Assembly: GCA_964557325.1 (NCBI GenBank) | Contig: CAZKZO010000001.1 | Coordinates: forward strand, 1,159-65,158 | DNA: 64,000 bases | Direction: 5' to 3' | Source: Candidatus Woesearchaeota archaeon | Lineage (GTDB): Archaea > Nanobdellota > Nanobdellia > Pacearchaeales > GW2011-AR1 | Shown: positions 8,763 through 18,173 of the stretch, one piece after another | Layout: each line of letters begins with the position of its first letter | Position numbering within the stretch: position 1 is the first letter of the stretch | Made by a program: the position numbers and the translations under genes | The notes under the pieces: generated by a model | The model's input: only the letters and a program-made list of their open reading frames with translations | Databases searched by the model: none | What the model was told of the DNA's origin: nothing

Positions 8763-10148
8763 ATGTTAGAAAAACTAAGTAGTGTATTAAAAAAGGCAAC
8801 AGATAAAATAGCTAATGCTATATTTCTTGATAAAAACATTATTGATTCTATTATAAGAGATTTACAAAGAGCACTTATAGAAGCAGATGTTAATGTCTCT
8901 TTAGTAAAAGAACTTACAGATAAAATAAAAAAAACAGCTTTAGACGAAAGAATAAAAGGTATAGAAAAAAAAGAACATCTGATTAAACTTCTTTATGATG
9001 AATTAATCAAAATACTTGGTGAATATAAAGAATTCAAACTTTCCAAAAACCAAAATAGAATTATGCTTTTAGGATTATATGGCGCTGGCAAAACAACAAC
9101 AATTGCAAAACTTGGAAATTATTTTGCAAAAAGAGGGAAAAAAGTAGCTTTAATAGGTTTAGATGTTCACAGACCTGCTGCTTCTGAGCAATTGGCTCAA
9201 CTTGCTAAAAATCATAAACTAAACTATTTTATTAATTTAAAAGAAAAAGACCCTATAAAAATATGGAAAAATTTTGAAAGTGATAATGCATTAAAATCCT
9301 ATGATGTGGTTTTAATAGATACTGCAGGAAGACACGCTTTAGATAAAAAACTTATAAATGAAATAAAATCTCTTGAAAAAACAATTAAACCAAAAGAAAA
9401 AATTCTTGTATTACCTGCAGATATTGGACAAGCAGCAAAAAAACAGTCTAAAGAATTTAAAGAATCTGTAAATATAACTGGTGTAATAATAACACGTATG
9501 GACTCAAGTGCAAAAGGAGGTGGGGCTTTAACAGCTTGTGCAGAAACAAATGCCCCTGTTTATTTTATAGGAACAGGTGAAAACATAAATGATCTAGAGC
9601 CGTTTAATCCAGAATCTTTCTTGTCCAGGCTTTTAGGAAAAGGAGATTTAAATACTTTAATTGAAAAAATCAGGTCTGTAACAGGAGAAACAGAACAAAA
9701 ACAATTACAAAAAAAACTTGAACAAGGAGCATTAGGACTAGAAGATGTTATTGAGCAAGTTAAATCTATGAATTCTATAGGTGGTTTTTCAAAAATAAAA
9801 GAAATGATTCCAGGATTTTCCAAAATCCAGAACAAAGTTTCTGAAGATGTCTTAGAAAACCAAGAAGCTAAAATTGCAAAATGGGAACATATCTTAAAAT
9901 CAATGACAAAAAAAGAAAAAGAAAACCCTGAATTATTTGAAGATAAAAAAACAGGAACTTCAAGAATTAACAGAGTAGCAAAAGGAGCAGGTGTAAACAA
10001 CAATGATGTTCGTTCTTTACTAAAACAATATAAATTATTAAATGAAATGATGTCTACAGGAAAAGACCTTGACATTTCAAAAGGTTTAAGCCAAAAACAA
10101 ATGCAAAAACTTGCAAAAAAATTCGGTAAAAGAAAAATGAGGTTTTGA
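8763..10148 (+). CDS. srp54: Signal recognition particle protein SRP54
   Basis: N/G domain (GLYGAGKTTTIAKL, DTAGRH, TRMDSSAKGGGAL) and an M domain with a Met-rich C-terminus. Confidence 0.9.
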   Translation: MLEKLSSVLKKATDKIANAIFLDKNIIDSIIRDLQRALIEADVNVSLVKELTDKIKKTALDERIKGIEKKEHLIKLLYDELIKILGEYKEFKLSKNQNRIMLLGLYGAGKTTTIAKLGNYFAKRGKKVALIGLDVHRPAASEQLAQLAKNHKLNYFINLKEKDPIKIWKNFESDNALKSYDVVLIDTAGRHALDKKLINEIKSLEKTIKPKEKILVLPADIGQAAKKQSKEFKESVNITGVIITRMDSSAKGGGALTACAETNAPVYFIGTGENINDLEPFNPESFLSRLLGKGDLNTLIEKIRSVTGETEQKQLQKKLEQGALGLEDVIEQVKSMNSIGGFSKIKEMIPGFSKIQNKVSEDVLENQEAKIAKWEHILKSMTKKEKENPELFEDKKTGTSRINRVAKGAGVNNNDVRSLLKQYKLLNEMMSTGKDLDISKGLSQKQMQKLAKKFGKRKMRF

Positions 10149-10170
10149 TTTAATTTAATTTAATTTAAAT
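10149..10170. repeat. TTTAATTTAATTTAATTTAAAT 22-mer ((TTAAT)n microsatellite); identical copy at 13660..13681
   Basis: Exact 22-nt identity at two intergenic sites. This copy lies between the convergent SRP54 and beta-barrel genes; the other lies between trmB and minD. Confidence 0.5.
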
Positions 10171-10703
10171 CCCACACTAAGTGCAAATCCTGAAGAATCA
10201 ATATTTCCTGTATGAGACCTATAAGTTAAATCTATAATGCCTCTTTCTCCAAAATCAGTTCCAATCCCTAAAATCAAGCCTTCTGATTCCAGGCTTCCTG
10301 TATTACTTTCACCTTTATACTTGACATTTTCCCTTAATTGAGTATAAATAAAACCTCCCATAAAATAAAAATCCTCTGATTGATACCTTAATCCGCTTTC
10401 CAAAGAAAGCATAGTCATGTAAGAATCTGCATCACCATAACCTTGTCCTGACAAATCACCCTTGCCTGCTAAAAATTCTAAACCAATTTGAAAAGAATTT
10501 ACAACAAAATTAAATCTTCCTCCTCCAAAAGCAGTATAAATTTCAGCAACATCTTCATTTAATTCTTTGTAAAGAGATAAAGATGCAACACCATATCTTT
10601 GTGGACTTTCTTCTACCTTATTTTCTTGTGCAGAACCAGAAAAAGGACAAGTCAAAGCACCTGCAAAAAATAAAGGTGCTAAAACTTTATTTGTTAATCC
10701 CAT
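10155..10703 (-). CDS. Secreted beta-barrel (OmpA/OmpW-like porin fold) protein
   Basis: Signal peptide MGLTNKVLAPLFFAGALTCPFSGSAQE, then amphipathic alternating beta-strands with G/Y/D turns and a C-terminal SVGFKLN. Local GC is higher than the flanks. Confidence 0.4.
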   Translation of the reverse strand: MGLTNKVLAPLFFAGALTCPFSGSAQENKVEESPQRYGVASLSLYKELNEDVAEIYTAFGGGRFNFVVNSFQIGLEFLAGKGDLSGQGYGDADSYMTMLSLESGLRYQSEDFYFMGGFIYTQLRENVKYKGESNTGSLESEGLILGIGTDFGERGIIDLTYRSHTGNIDSSGFALSVGFKLN

Positions 10704-10806
10704 AAATAATATATTAAAAAATAGTATTTAAAGATTATTATATTAAAGAATAATTTTATTTTGAATCTAAGAAAACATTTTTAAAATTAAATAATCTATT
10801 TTAAAT

Positions 10807-11196
10807 ATGAAATACAAAATATTATTTATATTTGCATTAATTTCTTTAATAAATTCAATAGCTCTCTCAGCAATTCCTGTAGATAAAACATGTGCAATAA
10901 GTGGTTGTGAAACAGTTCATACTTCTGTCTATAATTTTACTTTTGGAATTCAAAACAGTTATTTTGGTGTTGCAATATTTCTGATTTTAAGTATACTTAT
11001 ATATTCACAAATAAAAAATCCTACCAAGGAAAAAAGAAATTACATACACTTTGCTATAATTTTAGGCTCCATAATATCAATTTATTTTATTTACATTCAG
11101 CAATTTGTAATTAAAAATTATTGTCGATTTTGCCTTGTAATTGATATAAGCTTGATTATTTCTTTAATAGTAATTCTATCTAATTGGGAAAAGTAA
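10807..11196 (+). CDS. VKOR-like / DsbB-like thiol-disulfide oxidoreductase membrane protein
   Basis: 4 TM helices, a loop Cys pair (CAISGC) and an intramembrane CRFC CxxC motif at the start of the last TM. Confidence 0.45.
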   Translation: MKYKILFIFALISLINSIALSAIPVDKTCAISGCETVHTSVYNFTFGIQNSYFGVAIFLILSILIYSQIKNPTKEKRNYIHFAIILGSIISIYFIYIQQFVIKNYCRFCLVIDISLIISLIVILSNWEK

Positions 11197-11199
11197 AAA

Positions 11200-11856
11200 A
11201 TGCTTAAAAAACAAAAAATAATACAACAAGGAGCAGAAGCTGTAATTATTAAAAACAATTCAAAAATAATAAAAAAAAGGATCAAGAAATCTTATAGACA
11301 CAAAGATCTTGATGAAAAAATCCGTAAGCTAAGAACACGTTCTGAAGGAAAACTTTTGAAAAAAGCTTCAAAAGTTACTAGTATTCCAAAGATGAAAAAA
11401 ATTGATGAAAAAAATAAAGAAATTATTATGGATTTTATTAAAGGGAAAAAACTTTCAGAAAATCTTAACAAATTCTCATTAAAAAAACAAGAAAAAATTT
11501 GTCTAGAAATTGGAAAAGAAATATCTAATATTCATAATATAAATCTTATCCATGGAGATTTAACAACCAGCAATATGATTTTAGTTGAAAACAACGATAA
11601 AAAATCAAATAAAAAACCTTTAGAAATATACTTCCTAGATTTTGGATTAGGGTATCACAGCAGAAAAGACGAGGATAAAGCAGTAGATTTACATCTTTTA
11701 AGACAAGCCTTAGAAGCAAAACACTCTAAAACCTGGAAAAAACTTTTTAGTAAAGTAATTCAAGGATATAAAAAAAAGGATAAAAAACTTTCAGAAAAAA
11801 TAATTAATAGAATAAAAAAAGTTGAGTCCCGTGGAAGATATAAAAACAGATTTTAA
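11200..11856 (+). CDS. bud32: Bud32/RIO-type kinase of the KEOPS complex
   Basis: Small atypical kinase: catalytic loop HGDLTTSN, DFGL motif, about 218 aa. Confidence 0.7.
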   Translation: MLKKQKIIQQGAEAVIIKNNSKIIKKRIKKSYRHKDLDEKIRKLRTRSEGKLLKKASKVTSIPKMKKIDEKNKEIIMDFIKGKKLSENLNKFSLKKQEKICLEIGKEISNIHNINLIHGDLTTSNMILVENNDKKSNKKPLEIYFLDFGLGYHSRKDEDKAVDLHLLRQALEAKHSKTWKKLFSKVIQGYKKKDKKLSEKIINRIKKVESRGRYKNRF

Positions 11857-11908
11857 AAAAGAAAATCTTATAAACAAAATTCTTCTTTCGTAGTTAAGAA
11901 AAATGTCA

Positions 11909-11981
11909 AGCCCTGTAGTACAGTGGTCAAGTATGCAGCCCTTTGAAGGCTGAGACCCAGGTTCGAATCCTGGCAGGGCTA
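11909..11981 (+). tRNA. tRNA-Gln (anticodon TTG)
   Basis: Acceptor AGCCCTG/CAGGGCT, anticodon stem CAGCC/GGCTG with loop CTTTGAA, T-arm CCAGGTTCGAATCCTGG. Confidence 0.8.
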
Positions 11982-12050
11982 TGAAACTTTATGTCTGATT
12001 TTGTGGCTTTTAGAAATATTTATATATTCCGTATAATTATTAATTATACG

Positions 12051-12275
12051 ATGACCATCCAAACAAAGGCAAAAATAAGAGAATGGGGAAACTCTTTTGG
12101 CATAGTTATACCCCGAGAATTGGTTATTAAAGAAGGAATAAAAGTTAACGATAAAGTTAATATAAGCATTGATAAAAAACAAACTTTAGAAAATTTTTTC
12201 GGAAAAGGTATGGGAAAGATAAAAGATACTCAAAAAGAAAAAAATGATATAAGAAAATTATGGAAAATGAAGTAG
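12051..12275 (+). CDS. vapB: VapB-type antitoxin (AbrB/SpoVT swapped-hairpin)
   Basis: MTIQTKAKIREWGNSFGIVIPRELV motif; overlaps the downstream PIN gene by 16 nt. Confidence 0.6.
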   Translation: MTIQTKAKIREWGNSFGIVIPRELVIKEGIKVNDKVNISIDKKQTLENFFGKGMGKIKDTQKEKNDIRKLWKMK

Positions 12276-12640
12276 CATTCTTTTTTGATAGTTATGCTTT
12301 AATTGAGATCTATGAGAGAAACCCAAAATATAAAAAATATTCTAAGGTAAATGTTGTAACTTCTTATTTTCAGATTTATGAAGTTTACCATAGTTTAATA
12401 AGAAATAGTTATAGCTCAGAAGAAATTAAAGATTTTTTTGAATTTTTGCAAAACCTTTGTATCGAGCTTAAATTTGAATGGATACCCATGTCTGTTGAAT
12501 TAAGACGAAAATATTCTAAAAGAGATCTCTCTTATGCAGATTGTTTAGGCTATGTTATTGCAGAAGAATTAAAGATAAAATTCTTAACAGGTGACAAAGA
12601 ATTTGAAGATTTGCCTAATGTGGAGTTTATTAAAAAGTAG
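12260..12640 (+). CDS. vapC: PIN-domain ribonuclease toxin VapC
   Basis: FFFDSYALIEI (first Asp), conserved acidic residues, C-terminal TGDKEF, about 126 aa. Confidence 0.6.
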   Translation: MENEVAFFFDSYALIEIYERNPKYKKYSKVNVVTSYFQIYEVYHSLIRNSYSSEEIKDFFEFLQNLCIELKFEWIPMSVELRRKYSKRDLSYADCLGYVIAEELKIKFLTGDKEFEDLPNVEFIKK

Positions 12641-12852
12641 CTGGTTGTTAAGCTTATTAAATGTTTATATGATCCTTTTGTTTTAGATTTAATTATAAAT
12701 TATTTGAAAAACCGAATAATAATTCAAAAAATAAGCATATTAACTGTTAACCTTTGTTAACTATCAAATAAAATACCTTTTGTATCTCTACACCCTGAGA
12801 TATGGACAAAATGTTCTACAGCCAGCAGGGCTATTATTCTAATGTAACAAAA

Positions 12853-13653
12853 CTATTTTCTACTAAAAACACTTTCATAAAAAATATCTCTATTAATTTC
12901 TTGTTTTTTAGGTTTTACTTTTCTAATAAAATCTTTTAGCATTGTTTGTTTATATTTTTCTCCTGACATAGCAGCTGCAAGTTTCTTCATTTCAACACTT
13001 CCCTTTGCATTAGGCTTATGAAACACAAAAGGCTCCATATGAGAAAGTGCTTTTATTATATTTTTATCATAAGGTATAACAGCTAAAACAGGCATATCTA
13101 AAGAATTTTCAACACTTTCCAAAGGAACTTCAAATCTTTTACCATAAAACTTATTTATTATTATTCCGGAAATAGGTGTACCTCTATTTTTAGCAAGTCT
13201 AACAGCCTTAATTGTTGTGCTTAAAGTTGCATGGTCAGGTGTAGTTACTACAAAAACCTCGTCAGATGCCAAAATAACACCAAGAGTTTCTGCATTTAAA
13301 GCAGGAGAAGAATCTAAAAAAATAACATCATATTTTCTTTTCAAACTCCTTAATCTATTTTTAAGATTCAAAGGATTTACTTTTATTTTTTCATAAAGAG
13401 AAGCAGGCAGAACATCAAAACCCTCATATTCATAAATAGCATCAGAAAGATTTGCACTTCTATTTAAAACATGGTGTAATGTTCTTTCAGGGTCAATAAT
13501 ATTTAAATGCAAACCCAAATTAGGAGAAGAAAGATTTCCATCCACAACTAAAACCTTTTTACCTCTTTCAGAAAGAGCAGCTCCAAGAGAAGCAACTGTA
13601 GTTGTTTTTCCAACACCACCTTTTAAACTAACCACCCCGATTATTTTTCCCAT
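12853..13653 (-). CDS. minD: MinD/ParA family ATPase (archaeal MinD-like)
   Basis: Deviant Walker A KGGVGKTTT, with Switch regions. Confidence 0.8.
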   Translation of the reverse strand: MGKIIGVVSLKGGVGKTTTVASLGAALSERGKKVLVVDGNLSSPNLGLHLNIIDPERTLHHVLNRSANLSDAIYEYEGFDVLPASLYEKIKVNPLNLKNRLRSLKRKYDVIFLDSSPALNAETLGVILASDEVFVVTTPDHATLSTTIKAVRLAKNRGTPISGIIINKFYGKRFEVPLESVENSLDMPVLAVIPYDKNIIKALSHMEPFVFHKPNAKGSVEMKKLAAAMSGEKYKQTMLKDFIRKVKPKKQEINRDIFYESVFSRK

Positions 13654-13693
13654 GATAATTTTAATTTAATTTAATTTAAATAACTTTGGAAAA

Positions 13694-14416
13694 TCAGAAT
13701 TTTTTTCCGTTTTTCCACATAAAATCAAAATAACTTTTATATGCCTTAGCAGCAGATTCATTTTCAATAATTATTCCTTCTGGCTCATCTGTCCAAATTA
13801 AAATAGCTATTTTATTTCCATAAATATTTGTAACAGCAGGACTTTCAGTTATTTTAGGAATATATTTGTGATTCTTTGAAGAGATATCTATTTCTTTCCT
13901 ATCTTTCCTACAAACCATATAAGTTTTCATTCCTTTTTCTTTTTTCATTCTAAGAAATTGATATGCAAACTCAGGCATTCTTTCTGAAAACTGCCCTTCA
14001 GAACCAAAAACATAATTATCTTTTCCTTCTTTAATCATATCTAAAAAAATTGTTTTAATTCCTTTAATTCCCTTAAATAATCTTACTTGTCCTTCAATTT
14101 TAGTTCGTTTATGTCTTTCTTGAAGCTCTGGAAGAATTGATCTTATATCTTCTTCTTGCTCTTTTAAATATTCAAGAATTCTTTTAGGGCCTGCAGCTTG
14201 AAACCATTTTACTTTTCCTACAAGAACGTAACTCACAAAACCTTTTTCAAGAAGAAGTTTCAACGCATTATACGCACTACTCCTATCAAGTTTAGCATAC
14301 TTAGCAATCTTTCCCGCCTTGCTTGACCCATAATCATTCAAAACAAGATATACTTTGGCCTCGTTAGGACTCAATCCAATACGCTCAAGAACGTTTTTTG
14401 TTTTATTGACATTCAT
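13694..14416 (-). CDS. TrmB family transcriptional regulator
   Basis: N-terminal wHTH (LSPNEAKVYLVLNDYGSSKAGKIAK...) with a C-terminal effector domain, about 240 aa. Confidence 0.5.
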   Translation of the reverse strand: MNVNKTKNVLERIGLSPNEAKVYLVLNDYGSSKAGKIAKYAKLDRSSAYNALKLLLEKGFVSYVLVGKVKWFQAAGPKRILEYLKEQEEDIRSILPELQERHKRTKIEGQVRLFKGIKGIKTIFLDMIKEGKDNYVFGSEGQFSERMPEFAYQFLRMKKEKGMKTYMVCRKDRKEIDISSKNHKYIPKITESPAVTNIYGNKIAILIWTDEPEGIIIENESAAKAYKSYFDFMWKNGKKF

Positions 14417-14482
14417 GAAAAAGAAAAAGCTCACCTCTTTTTAAATCTGTTGTAGATTTTTCTACTTCAGAATTACGGGAAA

Positions 14483-15124
14483 TTACCTTCTTTTACGGAG
14501 ACCTCTAAAAGCTATGGATTTTGCGTTTGGCCAAACATTTTGATAAAACTCTAACAGCCTTTTTTCTCCAAAAGCCTCAGACAATACATCTCTTGGAAGA
14601 GGGTCAGCAGCTATCTCAATAGTGCCTGTACGCACAAAGTTGCTAGGCAGATCATTTTTTCTATACATTCGATAAGAAGTATATCCTCTAAAGATATTTT
14701 TTTCTCCTAATCCTTCAGTCATAACTTGATGATAAGAAAGACCTTCACTATAAGATCTTCCCGTGATAAGATAGTTTATCGTAGGATTATCAGAAAATGC
14801 TAACGAATAAAACTCCAATGTTCCTTCGTTTAATTCAAGAATCCATCTATGCCTAACATATCCTCCCTCTAAGATATTCTTGCCTTCTTTTAATCCTGCA
14901 GAAGGAATGAACGAATCAAATTCCCCATTTATTATTCCCCTATACAAATCCCGAGAATTTTTGGGATAATCTTTCGGAATTGCTCCTTCATAATTCCTTA
15001 AGAATCCTAAAATACTTTGATCTGCAGGTAAGTGAAAATCAATTCCCAAAATTCCGAACTTTAATTTAGTGGGCCTATGCATCAAATTTCTTTTTTTCCC
15101 TATCCCTTTTAATTCTTCACTCAT
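14483..15124 (-). CDS. Hypothetical protein in the GC-rich island; paralogous to 15848..16303
   Basis: Strong RBS GGAGGTGAAGGAAG before the ATG. Shares the C-terminal motif FGEKRLLEFYQNVWP and a central R.(W/F)I....EG.EF block with the 155-aa protein. Confidence 0.45.
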   Translation of the reverse strand: MSEELKGIGKKRNLMHRPTKLKFGILGIDFHLPADQSILGFLRNYEGAIPKDYPKNSRDLYRGIINGEFDSFIPSAGLKEGKNILEGGYVRHRWILELNEGTLEFYSLAFSDNPTINYLITGRSYSEGLSYHQVMTEGLGEKNIFRGYTSYRMYRKNDLPSNFVRTGTIEIAADPLPRDVLSEAFGEKRLLEFYQNVWPNAKSIAFRGLRKRR

Positions 15125-15196
15125 CTTCCTTCACCTCCCTCCACTCTGTGTAAAAACCCAGAAAATCTAGGTTTGTGTGAATTTTCTTTTCCGTTC

Positions 15197-15349
15197 TCAA
15201 GCCGCAAGTTTTGCTTCAAGTCTTTCAATCTCTTCTGCATATCTTATAGTTGTCTCGCTGTTTAATCTTCTTGGTCCGCAAAGTGTCCTTAATCTTGCCC
15301 AATTTCGCTTCAGCTCAGAGATTTTTGCCTTGATTTCTTCCTGTTGCAT
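15197..15349 (-). CDS. Small (50 aa) coiled-coil protein with a canonical SD
   Basis: GGAGGAAAAACC precedes the ATG; translation MQQEEIKAKISELKRNWARLRTLCGPRRLNSETTIRYAEEIERLEAKLAA. Too short to appear in the supplied ORF track. Confidence 0.35.
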   Translation of the reverse strand: MQQEEIKAKISELKRNWARLRTLCGPRRLNSETTIRYAEEIERLEAKLAA

Positions 15350-15455
15350 GGTTTTTCCTCCATTCTAAAAACTAAACCGTAAAGCTCTACTTAAACCTAT
15401 GTTGTAGAATATTCTTCAACAGAGTTATTTATACTTTCCAAAATGTATTATTCTA

Positions 15456-15845
15456 ATGACAACAAAAGAAAAATACCTCGAGCAGAAAAGAGAAGTAAAA
15501 AATATAGCAAGAAATGTGGGCCGGAAAAAAATAAACGCCTTGGAAGCCGCACTTCAAATAGACAAAACCATAAGGGGAATAACAGGAGTCACCTACAAAA
15601 CAGGAAAAGTTCTCACGATAAGAAACCACAGTAACAAATTCTCCATAGATGAAAGAATTCTCGGTAAAGTTGCATCAGAGCTTGCAGTAATAGGTTACTG
15701 GCGAGCAGAACAAAATGGAAGCAAAGAACCCGGAGAAGTCCACATCGGCAAGGGCTGCAGCACAAAACACTACAAAGAAGGCTTCAGAAACTACCAACAA
15801 CAAGTTCTTCAAGCTTACAATACAGCTGAAAGGAGGTGCGCATAA
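15456..15845 (+). CDS. Hypothetical protein in the GC-rich island
   Basis: 129 aa, very high local GC; its 3-prime end contains the GGAGG RBS of the next gene. Confidence 0.35.
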   Translation: MTTKEKYLEQKREVKNIARNVGRKKINALEAALQIDKTIRGITGVTYKTGKVLTIRNHSNKFSIDERILGKVASELAVIGYWRAEQNGSKEPGEVHIGKGCSTKHYKEGFRNYQQQVLQAYNTAERRCA

Positions 15846-15847
15846 AA

Positions 15848-16303
15848 ATGAATAAAGATGAACAGAGGACTAAAAAAGGGCTTGTTATGAAAATACAAGA
15901 AAAGGATATAAGAATAAATGGGTTTAACCATAAATTTATTGTTGGACATGGAGAAGAAGGACCAGAATTCCACACTTCCTTGCACAGTCCAGAACTAATT
16001 AAAACAATCTGGGCAGATCCTCTTGATAGATTTATAGAGACTACTGAATATATCAGTGAAATCTACCATCAGGAGATTGCAAAAAAAGCAGGAATAGATG
16101 TAGAAAAGAAAGGGCATGTGTTGGGAGGAGGATTCGCAAGATACATTGAATCAGAGAAAACAGTTCAGCTTGAAGGAGAATCTATGCAATACGGTTACAT
16201 ATCTCAAGAATTCTTGAAAGAACATTTTGGAGAAAAAAGACTTTTAGAACTTTATAAAAAGGTTTGGCCTGAAGCAGAAAATCTAAAATACAGTATGGGT
16301 TAA
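15848..16303 (+). CDS. Hypothetical protein, paralog of 14483..15124
   Basis: GGAGGTG RBS 11 nt upstream; C-terminal FGEKRLLELYKKVWPEA shared with the divergent gene. Confidence 0.45.
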   Translation: MNKDEQRTKKGLVMKIQEKDIRINGFNHKFIVGHGEEGPEFHTSLHSPELIKTIWADPLDRFIETTEYISEIYHQEIAKKAGIDVEKKGHVLGGGFARYIESEKTVQLEGESMQYGYISQEFLKEHFGEKRLLELYKKVWPEAENLKYSMG

Positions 16304-16408
16304 CCTGGATATTAGAAATCAAAAAAGAGGTGAACTTCTTCTCCAAAGTAACCTTTTCCCAAAAAGCCACACACAAAGTTTAAAAACAAAACTCTTTATG
16401 TAAATAAC

Positions 16409-16750
16409 ATGCCAGAAAAGAAAACTAAAACAAAAGCAAAGAAAAAGCTTAGCCAAGCAGAATTTGAAAAAAAAGTTCTTGAATTAGCTAAAAAAGGTTT
16501 AACAGCAGAGAAAATAGGAGAAACACTAAGAAACCAAAAAATTCATCCTAAAGAATACTCCAAAAAAATATCTCATATTTTAAAAGAAAAAAATGCTTAT
16601 ATCGACCCTGATTTAAAAAATGTTGAAGAAAAATTAAAAAGAATAGAAAAACATACTGAAACAAATAAGCAAGATAAAAAAGCTATAAGAGAAAGGTCAA
16701 GGATTTTTTCAGGATTAAGAAAACTTAAAAAATACAATAAAGCTCTCTAA
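16409..16750 (+). CDS. rps15: Ribosomal protein S15 (uS15/S13e)
   Basis: KKGLTAEKIGETLRN...ISHILKEKNAYIDPDLKNVEEKLKRIEKH...RERSRIFSGLRKLKKY matches the S13e/S15P consensus (GL..SQIG..LRD, PEDL, RKHL, ESRI.RL.RYY). Confidence 0.65.
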   Translation: MPEKKTKTKAKKKLSQAEFEKKVLELAKKGLTAEKIGETLRNQKIHPKEYSKKISHILKEKNAYIDPDLKNVEEKLKRIEKHTETNKQDKKAIRERSRIFSGLRKLKKYNKAL

Positions 16751-16799
16751 TATTTAATTTTTAAAAAGAGGAAACTGGGTTTTTTCACTAAAACTTAAA

Positions 16800-18149
16800 A
16801 TGACATCAAAAAGAAAAAGCACTTTGGAAAATGAAATAGTATTTCTAAAAGATAAATTTTTAGAAAAAATAAAAAATAATAAAGAAATCTATTTAGTCAG
16901 TCACTTTGATACTGATGGTATTAGCTCAGCTGCAATAATGATAAAAACCTTACAAAAATTAGATAAAAGATTTAGTGTAAAAATCCTCAAATCCTTAAAC
17001 AAAGAGTTTATTGAAAACCTTCCAAAAGACAAAATAATTCTCTTTTTAGATTTAGCATCAGGAAGCCTCAATCAGTTAAAAGAAACAAGAATTGAAGATA
17101 TATTTATTATTGACCATCATGAAATCAATCAAAAAATTCCTGAAAATGTTTCAATATTAAATCCTGTTCTAAATGGAAAGGAAAAAATAAGTGCATCTGG
17201 ACTAACTTATTTATTCTGCAAAGAAATAAATAAAGAAAACAAGGAATTTGCAAAATTAGCAGTATTAGGAATGATTGGAGACCAATTAGAAAAAGAAATA
17301 GACAAATTAAATAACCATGTTCTTAAAGATAGTGAAATAAAAAAGAAAAGAGGACTCTTAATCTACCCCTCTACACGTCCTATAAATAGGACATTAGAAT
17401 ACAGCTCACAACCTTATATACCTGGAGTTACAGGAGATAGTGAAGGAGTAAGAGAATTGTTAAGAGAAGCAGGAATAAACCCAGAAAACGGCAAATACAA
17501 AAGTCTTATAGAACTTAATGAAGAAGAAATGAAAAACCTTATCACAGGAATCATACTGAGAAACCCTAAATCAAAAAATAAAGATTTTATAGGAGACATC
17601 TTTCTTATAAAAATATATAATAAATTAGAAGATGCAAGAGAATTAAGTGCAAGAATAAATGCATGTTCAAGGCTTGGAGAAAGTACAACAGCATTAAAAT
17701 TTTGTATGGAAACATCTTCTGCAAGAAAAAAAGCTGAAGAAATTCATGTCAAATACAAACAACATATTATTTCTGGATTAGAATATGCAGAAAAAGCAAA
17801 AAAAATACAAGGAAAAAACCTTATAATTATAAATGCAAAAGACAATATCAAAGATACTATTGCAGGAACAATTGCAAGCATTCTTTCAAATTCTTCAATA
17901 TATGAAAAAGGAACAATAATTACAACAATGGCATATTATGAGGATAAAATCAAGGTTTCAGCAAGGATAAGCGGAAGAGAAAGTAACGGAAAAAATTTAA
18001 GAGAAATTCTTGAAGCAGTTATCAATGAGGTTGGTGGGGAAACAGGAGGACATGAACTAGCAGCAGGATGCATAATAGACCAAGATAAAGAAGAAAAATT
18101 CATCAGCACACTTAAAAAAGTCTGTGAAATTGAATTAGTAAAGATTTAA
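16800..18149 (+). CDS. RecJ-like DHH/DHHA1 phosphoesterase (archaeal GAN/RecJ homolog)
   Basis: DHH motifs (VSHFDTDGISSAAI, IIDHHEI) and a DHHA1 GGGH motif (EVGGETGGHELAAG). Confidence 0.55.
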   Translation: MTSKRKSTLENEIVFLKDKFLEKIKNNKEIYLVSHFDTDGISSAAIMIKTLQKLDKRFSVKILKSLNKEFIENLPKDKIILFLDLASGSLNQLKETRIEDIFIIDHHEINQKIPENVSILNPVLNGKEKISASGLTYLFCKEINKENKEFAKLAVLGMIGDQLEKEIDKLNNHVLKDSEIKKKRGLLIYPSTRPINRTLEYSSQPYIPGVTGDSEGVRELLREAGINPENGKYKSLIELNEEEMKNLITGIILRNPKSKNKDFIGDIFLIKIYNKLEDARELSARINACSRLGESTTALKFCMETSSARKKAEEIHVKYKQHIISGLEYAEKAKKIQGKNLIIINAKDNIKDTIAGTIASILSNSSIYEKGTIITTMAYYEDKIKVSARISGRESNGKNLREILEAVINEVGGETGGHELAAGCIIDQDKEEKFISTLKKVCEIELVKI

Positions 18150-18173
18150 AACCTCTTTATTTTTCCTATTTCT

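Noticed and set aside
9560-10075. Minus-strand ORF inside srp54
   Set aside because: Antisense shadow of SRP54, with no motifs.
12641-12852. GTTAAC-containing short repeats (TTAACTGTTAACCTTTGTTAACTATC) between vapC and minD
   Set aside because: Only three short hexamer copies in a convergent terminator region, with no array structure. This is not a CRISPR, and is probably a chance occurrence or a simple terminator.
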